From the NCBI GenBank assembly GCA_050084985.1, contig JBITNC010000002.1, positions 15,314,001-15,378,000 on the forward strand: a stretch of DNA of 64,000 nucleotides, given 5' to 3'. Positions 62,741 to 64,000 of the stretch are shown here, piece by piece. The notes under the pieces are model-generated. The model was not told the DNA's origin. It saw only the letters and a list, made by a program, of their open reading frames with translations, and searched no databases. The position numbers and the translations under genes were made by a program. The stretch is from Nageia nagi (taxonomy: Eukaryota > Plantae > Pinophyta). The stretch's first letter is position 1, and each line of letters begins with the position of its first letter.

Positions 62741-63424
62741 TACAAGTGTAATGTCTTATATCATCCTTTTATGCTTTCTTTAAATGATGCCCTTGAGGGG
62801 CTTTGCTAGTTTAACGATCATGATTGTACATACTAGTCCCATTGAATGCTTTTGGTCACCCAAGGATATTAATATACTTTCTTTTTATATGGTATAATCT
62901 ATATGCATTGCATTTTATTATTCTCCTTTCATCATCATAAAAATAAACAAAATTGGAGGGTAAATTCCCTCACCATTAAAAGGCATAAACTATAGTTAAA
63001 AATGGTACTACAATCAAAAGGAAATTATCTCCCTTTCTCCCTTGTCTATCTTACTCTTTGCAGTCTATTGTTTCCATTTTAAGACCTTCATTTGTAACAT
63101 TATTTTGTTTAAGTTTTCATTTTCAAGGAGAAAACAAGTAATAAATTTATTTAAATATTGCATAACCAACATACAACATTATTGCATACTGTTAAAGTCT
63201 AAAAAGTAGTGCATATTACATTCAGTTGATACATGTTGATATAATTGCTAACATTTCTATAACCAAGGTAATGTAAAATGTCCATAAGGAAATCATCTCA
63301 TTTTATGCATTTTCCATCTCACTATCTTGTGTTCACATCATTTGCATTTTAAGACTTTCATTAATTTTTGTTTAAGTTTTCATTTTCAAGAATCTTAAGC
63401 TTATACAAGAAATAAGCAACAAAT

Positions 63425-64000
63425 TATATTTGACTGCAATGTTACGATAAAATATAAGACTCTTTGTTGTTAGGTAAAATGTGTGTGGATTCGATTAAAA
63501 AGTAATCACTAGGTCTATCATGTAAGATTGTTCTTCTATCAAGTGTGTCAAACCATTTACATTTAAATATCATACACTCAAATGAACTATAATCCAATTG
63601 TATAATTTCTTGAATTTTTCCAACATATTTTAATTTTCCTTGTATCAAGTTTATATCTCTTGAACTTGCACGACTTTCTTGATCAAAATTAGCCATCACT
63701 CCATAATCAAATGTCGTTCTTCTCTCATCATTCTTTTCTTTTCTGAAGTGTTGACCATATGCCCACATTGTTGGGAAAGATAGTGCCTACACATATTTAC
63801 ACAAAAAATGTTCATAGTGCTTGAACATATTTACATGAAAATTAAAGTTTTATAAAAGATTAATTAAAATAATTACCTCAAACTTGCATCCTATATCGAT
63901 ATTTAATGCATCTTCATCACTTTCATCTATTTTTCCTCTTGTAGCTTGTTGTTTCATTTCACCTTCATTCTTGATCCATTACCTTGGACATTCTTATGGC
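63425..64000 (-). repeat. Near-identical duplicate of CACTA segment 56544-57120 (runs off the window)
   Basis: Offset 6881 bp, about 7 differences in ~575 bp, same premature stop. Confidence 0.92.

Larger units (their letters stand above)
55474..62750 (-). mobile_element. Degenerate CACTA (En/Spm) transposon with intron-containing Tnp2-like gene
   Basis: Terminus CACTACTACCAAAAGG at 55474 with GATGCAAA subterminal repeats. YHACINDCILY..CTKCEESRY; LGLAMDGVNPF, YNIPPW, MDVYLKPL (Transposase_21-like); FKCKWFD (DUF4216-like). Right end not found. Confidence 0.85.

Overview
Eukaryotic plant nuclear DNA, AT-rich and dominated by transposons. Very long TE-filled introns suggest a gymnosperm, but that is inference. 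There are two host genes, both on the minus strand. (1) A tRNA m1G37 methyltransferase (TRM5) has four exons here (24321-23476, 19653-19555, 3529-3410, 3301-3135), a 16.0 kb intron 2, and continues past the left edge. (2) A Vps62/DUF946 gene (50842-48956) carries a stop and two frameshifts. The centrepiece is an endogenous caulimovirid (33072-45921, minus). It contains one full 7.6 kb genome unit (PBS, MP, CP zinc knuckle, protease, RT, RNaseH, an unexplained ~330-codon C-terminal extension, then the intergenic region with TATA), the start of a second unit, and a patchwork of extra viral fragments. A 13-bp direct repeat resembling a target-site duplication brackets the whole insert. A very young, internally deleted Copia element (apparently identical 489-bp LTRs, TSD GTTTC) sits inside the viral MP gene. 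A solo LTR of the same family (TSD ACAAA) faces it from the other side of the virus. The remainder comprises hAT, CACTA, Gypsy, Copia, LINE, SINE and MITE remnants, a clpP-like captured fragment, and several tandem or segmental duplications. All alignments were done by eye, and no database searches were run.
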